A stretch of 39,268 nucleotides of DNA from NCBI GenBank assembly GCA_964588985.1, contig CAZPQW010000028.1, forward strand, positions 1-39,268, read 5' to 3'. Of the stretch, positions 1 to 7,550 are shown in pieces. Source of the DNA: an uncultured Solirubrobacteraceae bacterium. GTDB taxonomy: Bacteria > Actinomycetota > Thermoleophilia > Solirubrobacterales > Solirubrobacteraceae. Under the pieces are notes generated by a model. That model searched no databases and had not been told where the DNA came from. It saw only the letters and a list, made by a program, of their open reading frames with translations. The first letter of the stretch is position 1, and the number at the start of each line of letters is the position of its first letter. The position numbers and the translations under genes were made by a program.

Positions 1-317
1 TACCAACACTTCGCAAAAACGCCCTTGACAACATAGAAGCATCCAACGAATTGCGGGGCCCGGTCGTGGCCCTGCTCGGACCCGTGCATCTGGTCTGTAC
101 GAGAACGGAGCAACGCGAAGGCGGATCAGCGTTGCCGTGTCAGGGACACATGAGGGTCAGCTACGGCGGTTCCATTTGGGCTCGTTCGAAAGTCGGATCA
201 CGAGCGGGAGCAACGCTGGCGAGGGTCGGCTGGGTTGAGGCGCTCAGAAATTCGTTGGCCGTTTTGCGGCTCTCAGGGTCAATACATAGAGAGGAGCCAA
301 TCTCTGCCGGAGATCAG

Positions 318-545
318 ATGCCGTCCGACGCCCGACCATCACACATACGCCCCCGCCTCACGCGCGAGGATGTTCTCGACTGCCGCGAGGTGGGGGAGCT
401 GCTGCACCTGCCGGTGTCGACGGTGCTCGAATACGCTCGCCGCGGCTTGCTGCCCGGTCACAAGCTGGGTCGCCGGTGGATCTTCTTGCGCGATGAGATC
501 GAGGCTGCCGTGCGCGGGCAGATGGGTGGCAGTGCTGCGGCGTAG
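318..545 (+). CDS. Excisionase-like helix-turn-helix protein (HTH_17/MerR-like)
   Basis: MPSD...VLDCREVGELLHLPVSTVLEYARRGLLPGHKLGRRWIFLRDEIEA fits the xis-type wHTH pattern; GGAG precedes ATG 318, so the longer ORF from 51 is probably over-extended. Confidence 0.8.
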   Translation: MPSDARPSHIRPRLTREDVLDCREVGELLHLPVSTVLEYARRGLLPGHKLGRRWIFLRDEIEAAVRGQMGGSAAA

Positions 546-567
546 CTTGGCTGGGCGAGCGTCTTGG

Positions 568-663
568 TCAACGCCGGCTACGCGAGCGGTGGAGCGCAGC
601 TACCCAGTTGGGTGCCGGGGTGCCATCGTCGCCTACGCGCCACTCCTCGGGCAGCTCTGACAT
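568..663 (-). CDS. 31-aa hypothetical microprotein, copy 1 (MSELPEEWRVGDDGTPAPNWVAALHRSRSRR)
   Basis: ATG at 663 with GAGAGG upstream, directly downstream of the XRE gene; the paralog at 5791-5898 differs mainly at synonymous sites. Confidence 0.6.
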   Translation of the reverse strand: MSELPEEWRVGDDGTPAPNWVAALHRSRSRR

Positions 664-680
664 CGCCCAGCTCAACCTCT

Positions 681-911
681 CTACCGCTCGGCTTCGATGG
701 CTGCTGCCAGCTCCGAGAGGGTCACGCCCAGCGCGTCGATGATCTGCATGACGGTGACCCATGCGCAGTTCGTCTGCCCCGTCTCGATCTTCGAGAGCGT
801 GCCGGTGGTGATCCCCGCCATCGGGCCGAGCACTTCCTGGGTTAGGCCGCGCTGCTCGCGGAGCGCTTTCAAGACTGGGCCGAGCGCGGGATCAGGCACG
901 GGATGAAACAT
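681..911 (-). CDS. XRE-family helix-turn-helix transcriptional regulator
   Basis: LKALREQRGLTQEVLGPMAGITTGTLSKIETGQTN...IIDALGV is a canonical HTH_3/XRE pattern; 76 aa. Confidence 0.9.
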   Translation of the reverse strand: MFHPVPDPALGPVLKALREQRGLTQEVLGPMAGITTGTLSKIETGQTNCAWVTVMQIIDALGVTLSELAAAIEAER

Positions 912-1051
912 CGCATCTCGCCAGTGCCTAAGTCCATGTGTTTTCTCGCTAGTGATCTGCCGCTAGACACTGTACGCTGGCCGTCCAGCAAAAAGTGCCC
1001 CCGCGCTGCTGAAACAGCCGGGGGCGTGGCACGGAAAGGCAGGACCTTCCC

Positions 1052-1732
1052 ATGCAGCCGGAGGATACCCCGCGAGCTGCGCCCCCGGTCGTAGTGATCT
1101 ACGGCCCGGAGAGCGACAACGAAGCGCTGGCCGATGAGCTGGCGCTCGATGACTTCGACGTGAGACTGGTCAGCGACCGCGCATTGCTGGGCGTGGCCGA
1201 TGTGATCGTCTTTGCTCACGCGTCGAAGCGAGGCGCGGGGCTCAATGCCCTCCGCGCCCTGCGCCTGGGCGAGCTTGCGGGCTCCGGTGCCCGCGCCCTT
1301 TGGGTCAGCGCCGACACCATCGACGTGCTGCGCGCGTTCGAGGCTGGGGCTGATGACGTGATCCGCACGCCGTTCATCTATCCAGAGCTGCTTGCGCGCA
1401 TCCGGGCGCTCCTACGCCGCGACGACGAGACTGCAGGCATCGTTCGCCACGGGCCACTCGTGATCGACAAGGCGACACGCAGCGTCACCTTCGACTCCGA
1501 GTGGGTCACGCTGCGCCCCCGCGAGTACATGCTGCTGGTGCATCTCGCGCGAGACCCGACACGGGTCTACACGAAGGCCGAGCTGCTGCGCGACCTGTGG
1601 GGCTACCGCTCCGAGGGCGTCACGCGCACCGTGGACACACATGCGGTTCGCGTGCGGCGTGCGCTCGCGCGAGCTGGGGCGCACGGCTGGATCGTCTCGA
1701 CGTGGGGCGTCGGCTACCAGCTCGCGCCGTAG
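1052..1732 (+). CDS. OmpR/PhoB-type winged-helix regulator with a degenerate receiver domain
   Basis: C-terminal Trans_reg_C motif (LRPREYMLL...VYTKAELLRDLWG...RTVDTHAVRVRRAL...STWGVGY); the receiver lacks the DD pocket, phospho-Asp and conserved Lys. Confidence 0.85.
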   Translation: MQPEDTPRAAPPVVVIYGPESDNEALADELALDDFDVRLVSDRALLGVADVIVFAHASKRGAGLNALRALRLGELAGSGARALWVSADTIDVLRAFEAGADDVIRTPFIYPELLARIRALLRRDDETAGIVRHGPLVIDKATRSVTFDSEWVTLRPREYMLLVHLARDPTRVYTKAELLRDLWGYRSEGVTRTVDTHAVRVRRALARAGAHGWIVSTWGVGYQLAP

Positions 1733-1758
1733 ATGCGTTTTAGGCTTACGCTCCTGTG

Positions 1759-3186
1759 ATGCCGAAGTCTGTCGCCGAGCTGTTGTCCGAGCGTGAGGGT
1801 ACCCGTCTCGATTTCAAGCGAGACCTGTCTGGTATGCCGCGTGTCCTTGCGACTGTCTGCTCGTTCTTGAACACGGCTGGGGGCACGATCGTCGTGGGTG
1901 TCGAGGACAACACCAAGGATGTCCTCGGTGTGCGCGATGTAGAGAAGCAGGAGGAGAAGCTCGCGAACGCGGTCGCTGGCTCGATCGAGCCGCAGCCGAC
2001 GGTGCAACTTGAGATCGTCACGCACGGAGGGCACGATCTGCTCTTGTTGCGCGCGTCGTATGCCGCGGGTCCGTTCTTTGTGAAGGCGAAGGGCAAGGAC
2101 AAGGGCACGTTCGTTCGGATCGGCAGCAACTCGCTGCCGGCGAGCCCGGAGAAGATCGCTGAGCTTGAGCGGGCGCGTCAGATGGGTGCGTGGGATCAAG
2201 AGCCGCTGCCTGGGCTGACACCGGACGATCTCGACCATGAGGCGATCAAGCGCTGGCTTGACGCGGCTGGGGAGCGCTCGACGGACGCGAAGCTGCGAAG
2301 CCTCGGTGCGCTCGCCGATTATGGCGGCCGGCTGGTCCCCACTCGAGCAGGCGTCATCCTCTTCGGCCGTGAGCGTGAGATCCATTTCCCTGACGCGCAG
2401 ATCCGCTGCGTGGCTTTTCGGGGCGTAGACAAGAGCCGGCCGGCGGTCCGAGGCGATGAGGACGACGAGACGGTTCTTGACGGCATCGAGACGGCGGTGC
2501 GATTCATCGAGCGCAACACCGATCGGCTCGTGGAGATCACGGGGCGTACGCGCCGGGAGGAGCGCGACCTCTATCCGAGCGTCGCTGTTCGTGAGGTGCT
2601 GAACAACGCGGTCGCTCACGCGGACTACGCTGTCGAGGGGGCGTCGATCTTCGTGGCGTTGTTCTCCGACCGTCTTGAGATATCGAGTCCTGGCACCTGG
2701 CCTCCGGGGTTCTCGCGCGAGGACTTCCAGTCGGGCGTGAGCCTGCGGCGCAACAAGGCAATCTCGCGGGTGCTGATGCGCGTTGGCGTGATCGAGGGCT
2801 ACGGCAGCGGCTATGACCGGATCGTTGCTGCGTGCGCCGAGGAGGGCTATCCAGAGCCTGAGTGGATCGAGAACGGGCCTCAGATTAAGGTCGTTTTGAG
2901 ACCTCACCTCGGCGCCGATCTAGCCGCGGGGGGTAGCCGGACGCCGACCGCCAGCACCCGGCCGGCGAATGGCCGCCTCACCGTCGAGGAGCGTAGTAAC
3001 GCCATTCTGGCTGCCGTCGACGAGTTGAATCGTCCAAACGCGATTGCGATTCAAGGGCACACAGGGATCCCCACAAGGAGTCTCGAACGTGATCTCAAGC
3101 GACTCCGTGGTTCGGGAGTACTCGAGTTTGTGGGCTCGCCAAAGGCCGGCTTCTATCGCCGTCAGCAAGCGCACACCGCCAAATAG
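1759..3186 (+). CDS. AlbA_2 (Schlafen-like) + HATPase_c_4 (RecG C-terminal-like) + C-terminal HTH protein
   Basis: EGTRLDFK...VCSFLNTAGGTIVVGVED (AlbA_2); YPSVAVREVLNNAVAHADY, FSDRLEISSPG, RNKAI, IEGYGSGY (HATPase_c_4); IPTRSLERDLKRLRGSGVLEFVGSPKAGFY (wHTH). Confidence 0.9.
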   Translation: MPKSVAELLSEREGTRLDFKRDLSGMPRVLATVCSFLNTAGGTIVVGVEDNTKDVLGVRDVEKQEEKLANAVAGSIEPQPTVQLEIVTHGGHDLLLLRASYAAGPFFVKAKGKDKGTFVRIGSNSLPASPEKIAELERARQMGAWDQEPLPGLTPDDLDHEAIKRWLDAAGERSTDAKLRSLGALADYGGRLVPTRAGVILFGREREIHFPDAQIRCVAFRGVDKSRPAVRGDEDDETVLDGIETAVRFIERNTDRLVEITGRTRREERDLYPSVAVREVLNNAVAHADYAVEGASIFVALFSDRLEISSPGTWPPGFSREDFQSGVSLRRNKAISRVLMRVGVIEGYGSGYDRIVAACAEEGYPEPEWIENGPQIKVVLRPHLGADLAAGGSRTPTASTRPANGRLTVEERSNAILAAVDELNRPNAIAIQGHTGIPTRSLERDLKRLRGSGVLEFVGSPKAGFYRRQQAHTAK

Positions 3187-3230
3187 CGCCGTACACCGCC
3201 AATCACCGCCATACACCGCCATACACCGCC
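3171..3230. repeat. Six tandem 10-bp units, consensus NNNCACCGCC
   Basis: gcacaccgcc aaatagcgcc gtacaccgcc aatcaccgcc atacaccgcc atacaccgcc read directly; spans the stop codon of the AlbA_2 gene. Confidence 0.85.
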
Positions 3231-3326
3231 AACTCGTCTCCTAGCCTCACCGAGTGACCCTGCAGGGCACCGTGCTGCTCAGGCTCTGGCTTTATTCTGC
3301 TGAGCGCGCGGTGGGGCGAGGCTGTC

Positions 3327-3667
3327 GCGAACGCCAGGTTGACCCGCTCGAGATCCTCGGGCCGTGCCTCGGCGTGCATGTAGCGCTCTGTCGTGGTGAT
3401 CCGCGAGTGACCGAGGATTCCTGGACCAAGCGCGCGGCCGCGTGCCGGGACGATGAGGCTCCCTGCAGCGTGGCGAAGAGCGTGGAAGCGCAGTGGGCGT
3501 AGACCGACTGCGTCGCGCGCTGCCTTTTAGCGGCGGCGCACGGCCGATGGGTCGAGGCGTCGGCCAAGCCGGAAGCAGAACACGTAAACATCGCACTCGG
3601 TGTAGTCGCCGCGCGCCTTGAGGCGCATGAGCGCTTCGGCTGCCGGGTCGGCGAGGGGAAGGAAGCC
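3327..3667 (-). pseudogene. Degenerate 3' remnant of a tyrosine integrase, paralogous to 5998-7329
   Basis: Aligns by eye with about 6026-6366; TAC->TAA nonsense change (RYK becomes R*K), a 1-nt deletion and a 1-nt insertion; the 5' part is absent. Confidence 0.9.
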
Positions 3668-3694
3668 GGGCTGCCTCTCAGTATTGTTCCGCCG

Positions 3695-3913
3695 ATGCGA
3701 ATGCGGCTTCTCCAGGCGCTTATTCAGTCCGTCGCCAACCGTGCCAGCGTCCTAGCAGTCGCCGCCGGTGCCGCAGCCGCCGTCGGCCCGCTGTATTCGC
3801 GGTATACACACACAGGTCTCAGTCCGGGAGACGCCGCAGCGTGGGGCTTCATGTGGGGCTTCATCTATGGGATTATCTTGATCATGATCTTGCCGGCCGG
3901 GTCCCTAGCATGA
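3695..3913 (+). CDS. 72-aa predicted membrane protein (2 hydrophobic segments)
   Basis: Hydrophobic stretches VLAVAAGAAAAVGPLY and WGFMWGFIYGIILIMIL; TATTGT 7 nt before the ATG (possible leaderless start); ATGA overlap with the next gene. Confidence 0.55.
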   Translation: MRMRLLQALIQSVANRASVLAVAAGAAAAVGPLYSRYTHTGLSPGDAAAWGFMWGFIYGIILIMILPAGSLA

Positions 3914-4308
3914 TGCTTCGTGCCTCCCTCCTCTCCCTTCTTATGGCATGCGCGGTTGCCTTTGGCGTCGCGCAAATCGTTTCGAGCCATCCTCTCGGTC
4001 ACGAATGGGCATTCGGCGCCATAGCCCTTGGTGGCGTCGGCGTCTCTGTGCTCGCCGTTGCCATTCTTCGCCGCGAGCATCGAAGGCACCAAGCGCAGGC
4101 GTATTCGACGACCGTACGCTCGCGCACGCTCCGCGTCTGGAGGCACGGACATGTCGCTTGGAGCGACACGCAGTACTACTTCCCAGGCAGATCATCGACT
4201 AGCACACAACAGGAGGAGTCCTCCGTAGTGATACCACCGGTTAGTTCACATGTTATCGGGCGATTGCGTCCAGACATAACCAACACGCAGCCGGAACCGA
4301 TCCATTGA
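3910..4308 (+). CDS. 132-aa predicted membrane protein (2 N-terminal hydrophobic helices, soluble tail)
   Basis: ATG 3910 overlaps TGA 3911-3913; LLSLLMACAVAFGVAQIV and WAFGAIALGGVGVSVLAVAIL followed by RR; its stop overlaps the TTG start of the next gene. Confidence 0.55.
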   Translation: MMLRASLLSLLMACAVAFGVAQIVSSHPLGHEWAFGAIALGGVGVSVLAVAILRREHRRHQAQAYSTTVRSRTLRVWRHGHVAWSDTQYYFPGRSSTSTQQEESSVVIPPVSSHVIGRLRPDITNTQPEPIH

Positions 4309-5738
4309 GACCGGCCCGCTACGTCTGGCATCACGAGCTACACAGCCAAGCGGGCGAGACCCTCTTCTTTGTTCGGCTCTACTTCGAGCCCGTGTTTCCA
4401 GACGTGGTTGAACAATTGACGGCCCGCCTCGATGATCTTGATGTCAGTTCTGCGCATGTCTACGAGCTCATCGGGGCGCATGACTTGCTTATGCGAGTGT
4501 GGCTACCGTCGACCCTTGACGTGCGTAAGTTTGTCGAAGGTCTTGACCTCCCAGACCTCCGCCGCGCTGATTACATGCGCGTGAATCGCATACGGGAACA
4601 TTGGGTAGTCAATGGCGATCAAGACACCCCTCCACAGCTCAGCGAGGTTGCGCCCGAAGCAATTCAGCGGGTCAACGAGGCTATATACGCCGAAATGCCC
4701 GTGCACCAAGCGACGGTTGACGACGCCCTTGCAAACGGTTGGCTTGCGCCGATACATGAGGACGACCAGATAGCCGACTTGGCGCCTGGCGTAAAGTTCT
4801 TTATTTATATCGTTGCGAGTGTCGGTAGTAGCCCGAGCATTAACTTCGAGGAAGTGCTGTTCCGTCGTGTGCGCAAAGTTCTCGACGACGCTAGTGATCT
4901 GATCGATAAACGGTCGGTGTATGCAGGAGATGGCTTCGCGCGGCTTCTCCTGATGGGAAGATTTCAGGGTGAGAAGTACTTCGACTTCATCAATCGTGTT
5001 GTCATTCGTCTTAATGATGAAGACATGCGCGAAATGTTTATTGCCAGGACGTATACTGCCCTCGGCTCGCGTCCCGAGCCCGTCGTTGCGAGGGAGCATC
5101 TCAAGCCACCCACGGTATCGGGATTTCGAAAAAGGGAGACCCAACCCCCGGACCTCGTTCGGCTTCTGGAACAGGGCGAGGGACAGTGCCTTGAGGTCAA
5201 GGCGTCCGCTTTTCTAAACTTTGATCGCCTCGTTACCAAAGGTGAACCTGACTGGTCCAATCTGCGACCAGAGTTCATAAAGGCCGTATGCGGCCTGCTG
5301 AATCAACTTAATGCACGCACTGCGACATTGATCGTCGGCGCAGTTGAGACTCCGAGGTACCGACAATGGCTTGATGCACACAACAGGAGATACGAGATCG
5401 GTCAATTCACCGTTCTTGGAGTTGAAGAAGATAACCCGAGTGGCGATTGGGACAAGTATCAGCGCCGTCTTATGGACTCACTTGCTAGCGCGATCGATCC
5501 GTCGCCGGTTCCCTTTATTGAGGCATTTCTTGAAGAGATTGACCACGACGGGACGAGTAGCACTCTTCTGCGTATCGAACTCACGCCTATCGGCACACCT
5601 TTCTACGCAAAGAATAGTGACGTGCTATGGGTTCGAAGCGGTGCCCAAGTCAACCCGCTCTCTCAAAGGACCCGAGATGACTTTGTTGGGCGCATGGCGG
5701 CGGCGCGACAGGCGACGACCCCTACCGCTAGCGAATAG
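4305..5738 (+). CDS. Lrp/AsnC-like ferredoxin-fold domain(s) fused to a C-terminal Schlafen/AlbA_2 domain
   Basis: LLEQGEGQCLEVKAS...IKAVCGLLNQ...LIVGAVE...LWVRSGAQVNPL (AlbA_2, ExxxxExK intact); N-terminal VYELIGAHDLLMRVW resembles the AsnC/RAM ligand domain; visibly lower GC than the flanks. Confidence 0.75.
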   Translation: MRPARYVWHHELHSQAGETLFFVRLYFEPVFPDVVEQLTARLDDLDVSSAHVYELIGAHDLLMRVWLPSTLDVRKFVEGLDLPDLRRADYMRVNRIREHWVVNGDQDTPPQLSEVAPEAIQRVNEAIYAEMPVHQATVDDALANGWLAPIHEDDQIADLAPGVKFFIYIVASVGSSPSINFEEVLFRRVRKVLDDASDLIDKRSVYAGDGFARLLLMGRFQGEKYFDFINRVVIRLNDEDMREMFIARTYTALGSRPEPVVAREHLKPPTVSGFRKRETQPPDLVRLLEQGEGQCLEVKASAFLNFDRLVTKGEPDWSNLRPEFIKAVCGLLNQLNARTATLIVGAVETPRYRQWLDAHNRRYEIGQFTVLGVEEDNPSGDWDKYQRRLMDSLASAIDPSPVPFIEAFLEEIDHDGTSSTLLRIELTPIGTPFYAKNSDVLWVRSGAQVNPLSQRTRDDFVGRMAAARQATTPTASE

Positions 5739-5790
5739 TGCGCCACGATTCGTTGTCGGGAAGCATCACGTCCTGAATCTCAGGGCTAAC

Positions 5791-5898
5791 TCAAGTACGA
5801 TCGGGCCGTCGGCGGTGAGAGCGGTGGAGCGCGGCAACCCAGTAAGGCGCCAGGGTGCCGTCGTCGTTGACTCGCCACTCCTCGGGCAACTCAGACAT
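5791..5898 (-). CDS. 35-aa hypothetical microprotein, copy 2 (MSELPEEWRVNDDGTLAPYWVAALHRSHRRRPDRT)
   Basis: Manual translation; homologous to 568-663; lies about 100 nt downstream of the integrase stop; absent from the ORF track because of its size. Confidence 0.6.
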   Translation of the reverse strand: MSELPEEWRVNDDGTLAPYWVAALHRSHRRRPDRT

Positions 5899-5997
5899 TG
5901 GGTGCAACTCGTCCTCGATCACGCAGATCACGGTCGTCGAGCGCACTAGCGCCCACGCGGCGTGCCGGGAGGCGCAACACGCAGTACACCTCGAATG

Positions 5998-7329
5998 CTA
6001 CGTAACCTCGCGGATCTCCTTGGAGGCGAACGCCATGTTGACCCGCTCAAGATCCTCTGGTCGAGCCTTGGCATGCATATAGCGCTCAGTGGTCGTGATC
6101 CGCGAGTGCCCGAGGAACTCCTGCACGAAGCGAGCGTCTGCGTGGCGCGCGATGAGGCTGCCGGCTGCATGTCGGAGCGCGTGGAATCGCAGCGGCCGCA
6201 GTCCAGCGGCGTCGCGCGCTGCCTTGTAGCGGCGTCGCACAGCGGAGGGATCAAGCCGCCGGCCGAGCCGGGAGCAGAACACGTAGTCATCGCGCGAGGT
6301 GTAGTCGACGCGAGCCCGTAGGTGCTCAAGGGCGTCGGCTGCTGGGTCAGCGAGGGGAAGAAAGCGTGCTTGCCAGCTCTTGGTCGGCCCCTCGATGCCC
6401 GCAGACACGGCGCGGTGGACGACCATGCGCCGCGTGCCGAAGTCCACGTCCTCCCAGCGCAGCGCGACCAGCTCTCCGAGCCGCAGCCCTGTGTAGGCAG
6501 CGAGGCGGAACAGCTCGCCGTCCTGTGCGTCCTCGCGCGCCCGCCACTCGATCTCGTCGGTGCTCAGGTTCTCGGGCTGCTTGCCGCGATGTGATCCTGC
6601 GGCGGCTGCGGCGGCGATCATCTCCACCTCCTCGGGCTCGTAGAAGTCGAGCACCGCTGCGGGCGGTTCGCGGCGTTTGGTTGTGCCCGCCACGGGGTTG
6701 GTGGGCAGGCTGTGGGTGTCCGCGCGACACGCGAAGGCGAACATCGCTGAGAGCACCTGGCGGTTCTTGTTGACCGACCGAGCGGACACGCCGTTGGCGT
6801 CCAGCTTGCGCAGGAACGTGGCGACCTCTTTGGTGGTCACCTTCGCCACCGGCCGCTCGCCGAACGCGGCCATGATCGTGCCTGGGCTCTTGCCGCTGCC
6901 TCTCCGATGGGGCGTTCCGGGCTCAGCGAGCATGTAGCGGTAGTCGCTCAGCGTGGACGGCTTCGCGCCGCGCTCGTGCTGCAGGTGCTCCAGCCACTCC
7001 GCCGCCAGCTCGCGGACCGTCACGCCGCGTTCGCGGCGCTCTCGCTCGCCTGCTTCGATCGCGCGCTCCTCCCGGTCGTGCGCGGCGATCGTCTCCGCCA
7101 TTCGCACCGTCGCGCGCTTCTCGTCGAGGTAGCCATCTTGGACTCGCCCGCGTCGGGGCACCCAGCCGCTTCCGTCGGCTGCGCGTTCGAGCCATGCGGG
7201 TCCGATGCGGCGCTTCACCTGTCGCCCCGCGCGTCGCCACTTCGCCTCGTACACCGGCCCGTCCGGCCGCTCAGCGACCACGAGGGCGCCTGTCGGAGGG
7301 GCGCCGCTTTGATTACCCTCAAACGTCAT
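5998..7329 (-). CDS. int: Tyrosine recombinase / phage-type integrase
   Basis: Catalytic set YTGLR, GPTK, FHALRH, LGH and TERY all present; N-terminal arm-binding-like region (VYEAKWRRAGRQVKRRIG); start placed at ATG 7329. Confidence 0.95.
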   Translation of the reverse strand: MTFEGNQSGAPPTGALVVAERPDGPVYEAKWRRAGRQVKRRIGPAWLERAADGSGWVPRRGRVQDGYLDEKRATVRMAETIAAHDREERAIEAGERERRERGVTVRELAAEWLEHLQHERGAKPSTLSDYRYMLAEPGTPHRRGSGKSPGTIMAAFGERPVAKVTTKEVATFLRKLDANGVSARSVNKNRQVLSAMFAFACRADTHSLPTNPVAGTTKRREPPAAVLDFYEPEEVEMIAAAAAAGSHRGKQPENLSTDEIEWRAREDAQDGELFRLAAYTGLRLGELVALRWEDVDFGTRRMVVHRAVSAGIEGPTKSWQARFLPLADPAADALEHLRARVDYTSRDDYVFCSRLGRRLDPSAVRRRYKAARDAAGLRPLRFHALRHAAGSLIARHADARFVQEFLGHSRITTTERYMHAKARPEDLERVNMAFASKEIREVT

Positions 7330-7338
7330 TTCACCACA

Positions 7339-7387
7339 GAGTACCACCTGAGTACCATGTAGAGCTGAGTACCGCTTTCCGTACCAC
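7339..7387. repeat. Four GAGTACCA-like direct repeats, putative integrase arm-type sites
   Basis: GAGTACCAC (7339), GAGTACCAT (7350), GAGTACCGC (7367) and CCGTACCAC (7379), between the int start and the att core. Confidence 0.65.
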
Positions 7388-7465
7388 ACTGGTCGTTTTC
7401 GCCAGCAATAACGCCACTGTCACCGACCTAGACTTCCCGTATCTACGGGCTCCAGCATGTCCGCC

Positions 7466-7512
7466 CCTGCTTTGCAAGCAGGAGGTCACCGGTTCGATCC
7501 CGGTTGGCTCCA
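7466..7512 (+). other. att site: 3' fragment of tRNA-Ala(TGC) (anticodon arm to discriminator)
   Basis: CCTGC-TTTGCAA-GCAGG anticodon arm, T arm ACCGG-TTCGATC-CCGGT and acceptor 3' strand TGGCTCCA; no D arm or 5' acceptor strand upstream. Confidence 0.85.
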
Positions 7513-7550
7513 TAAGTGCGTGTCTTTCGAGGCCAATCTTGGGGGTGGTG

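Larger units (their letters stand above)
1..7512. mobile_element. Right-hand part of a tRNA-Ala(TGC)-targeting integrative element (left boundary outside the window)
   Basis: Intact tyrosine integrase next to a tRNA-Ala 3' fragment and short direct repeats; excisionase-like HTH, XRE regulator, lower-GC cargo and an integrase remnant inside. Confidence 0.8.

Noticed and set aside
51-317. N-terminal extension of the excisionase ORF, and TTGACA at 25-30 as a promoter
   Set aside because: The extension has no protein-like features, a better RBS/ATG lies at 318, and there is no properly spaced -10 for the TTGACA.
3171-3230. CRISPR array
   Set aside because: Units are 10 bp with no spacers, and there are no cas genes in the window.
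5791-6000. Integrase stop-codon readthrough into the microprotein (same frame, no intervening stop)
   Set aside because: A one-in-three chance of sharing frame, GC-rich DNA has few stops, and copy 1 has its own start and is not fused to an integrase.
7440-7512. Complete tRNA-Ala(TGC) gene
   Set aside because: No D arm or 5' acceptor strand complementary to TGGCTCC; only the 3' part is present, so it is treated as an att site.
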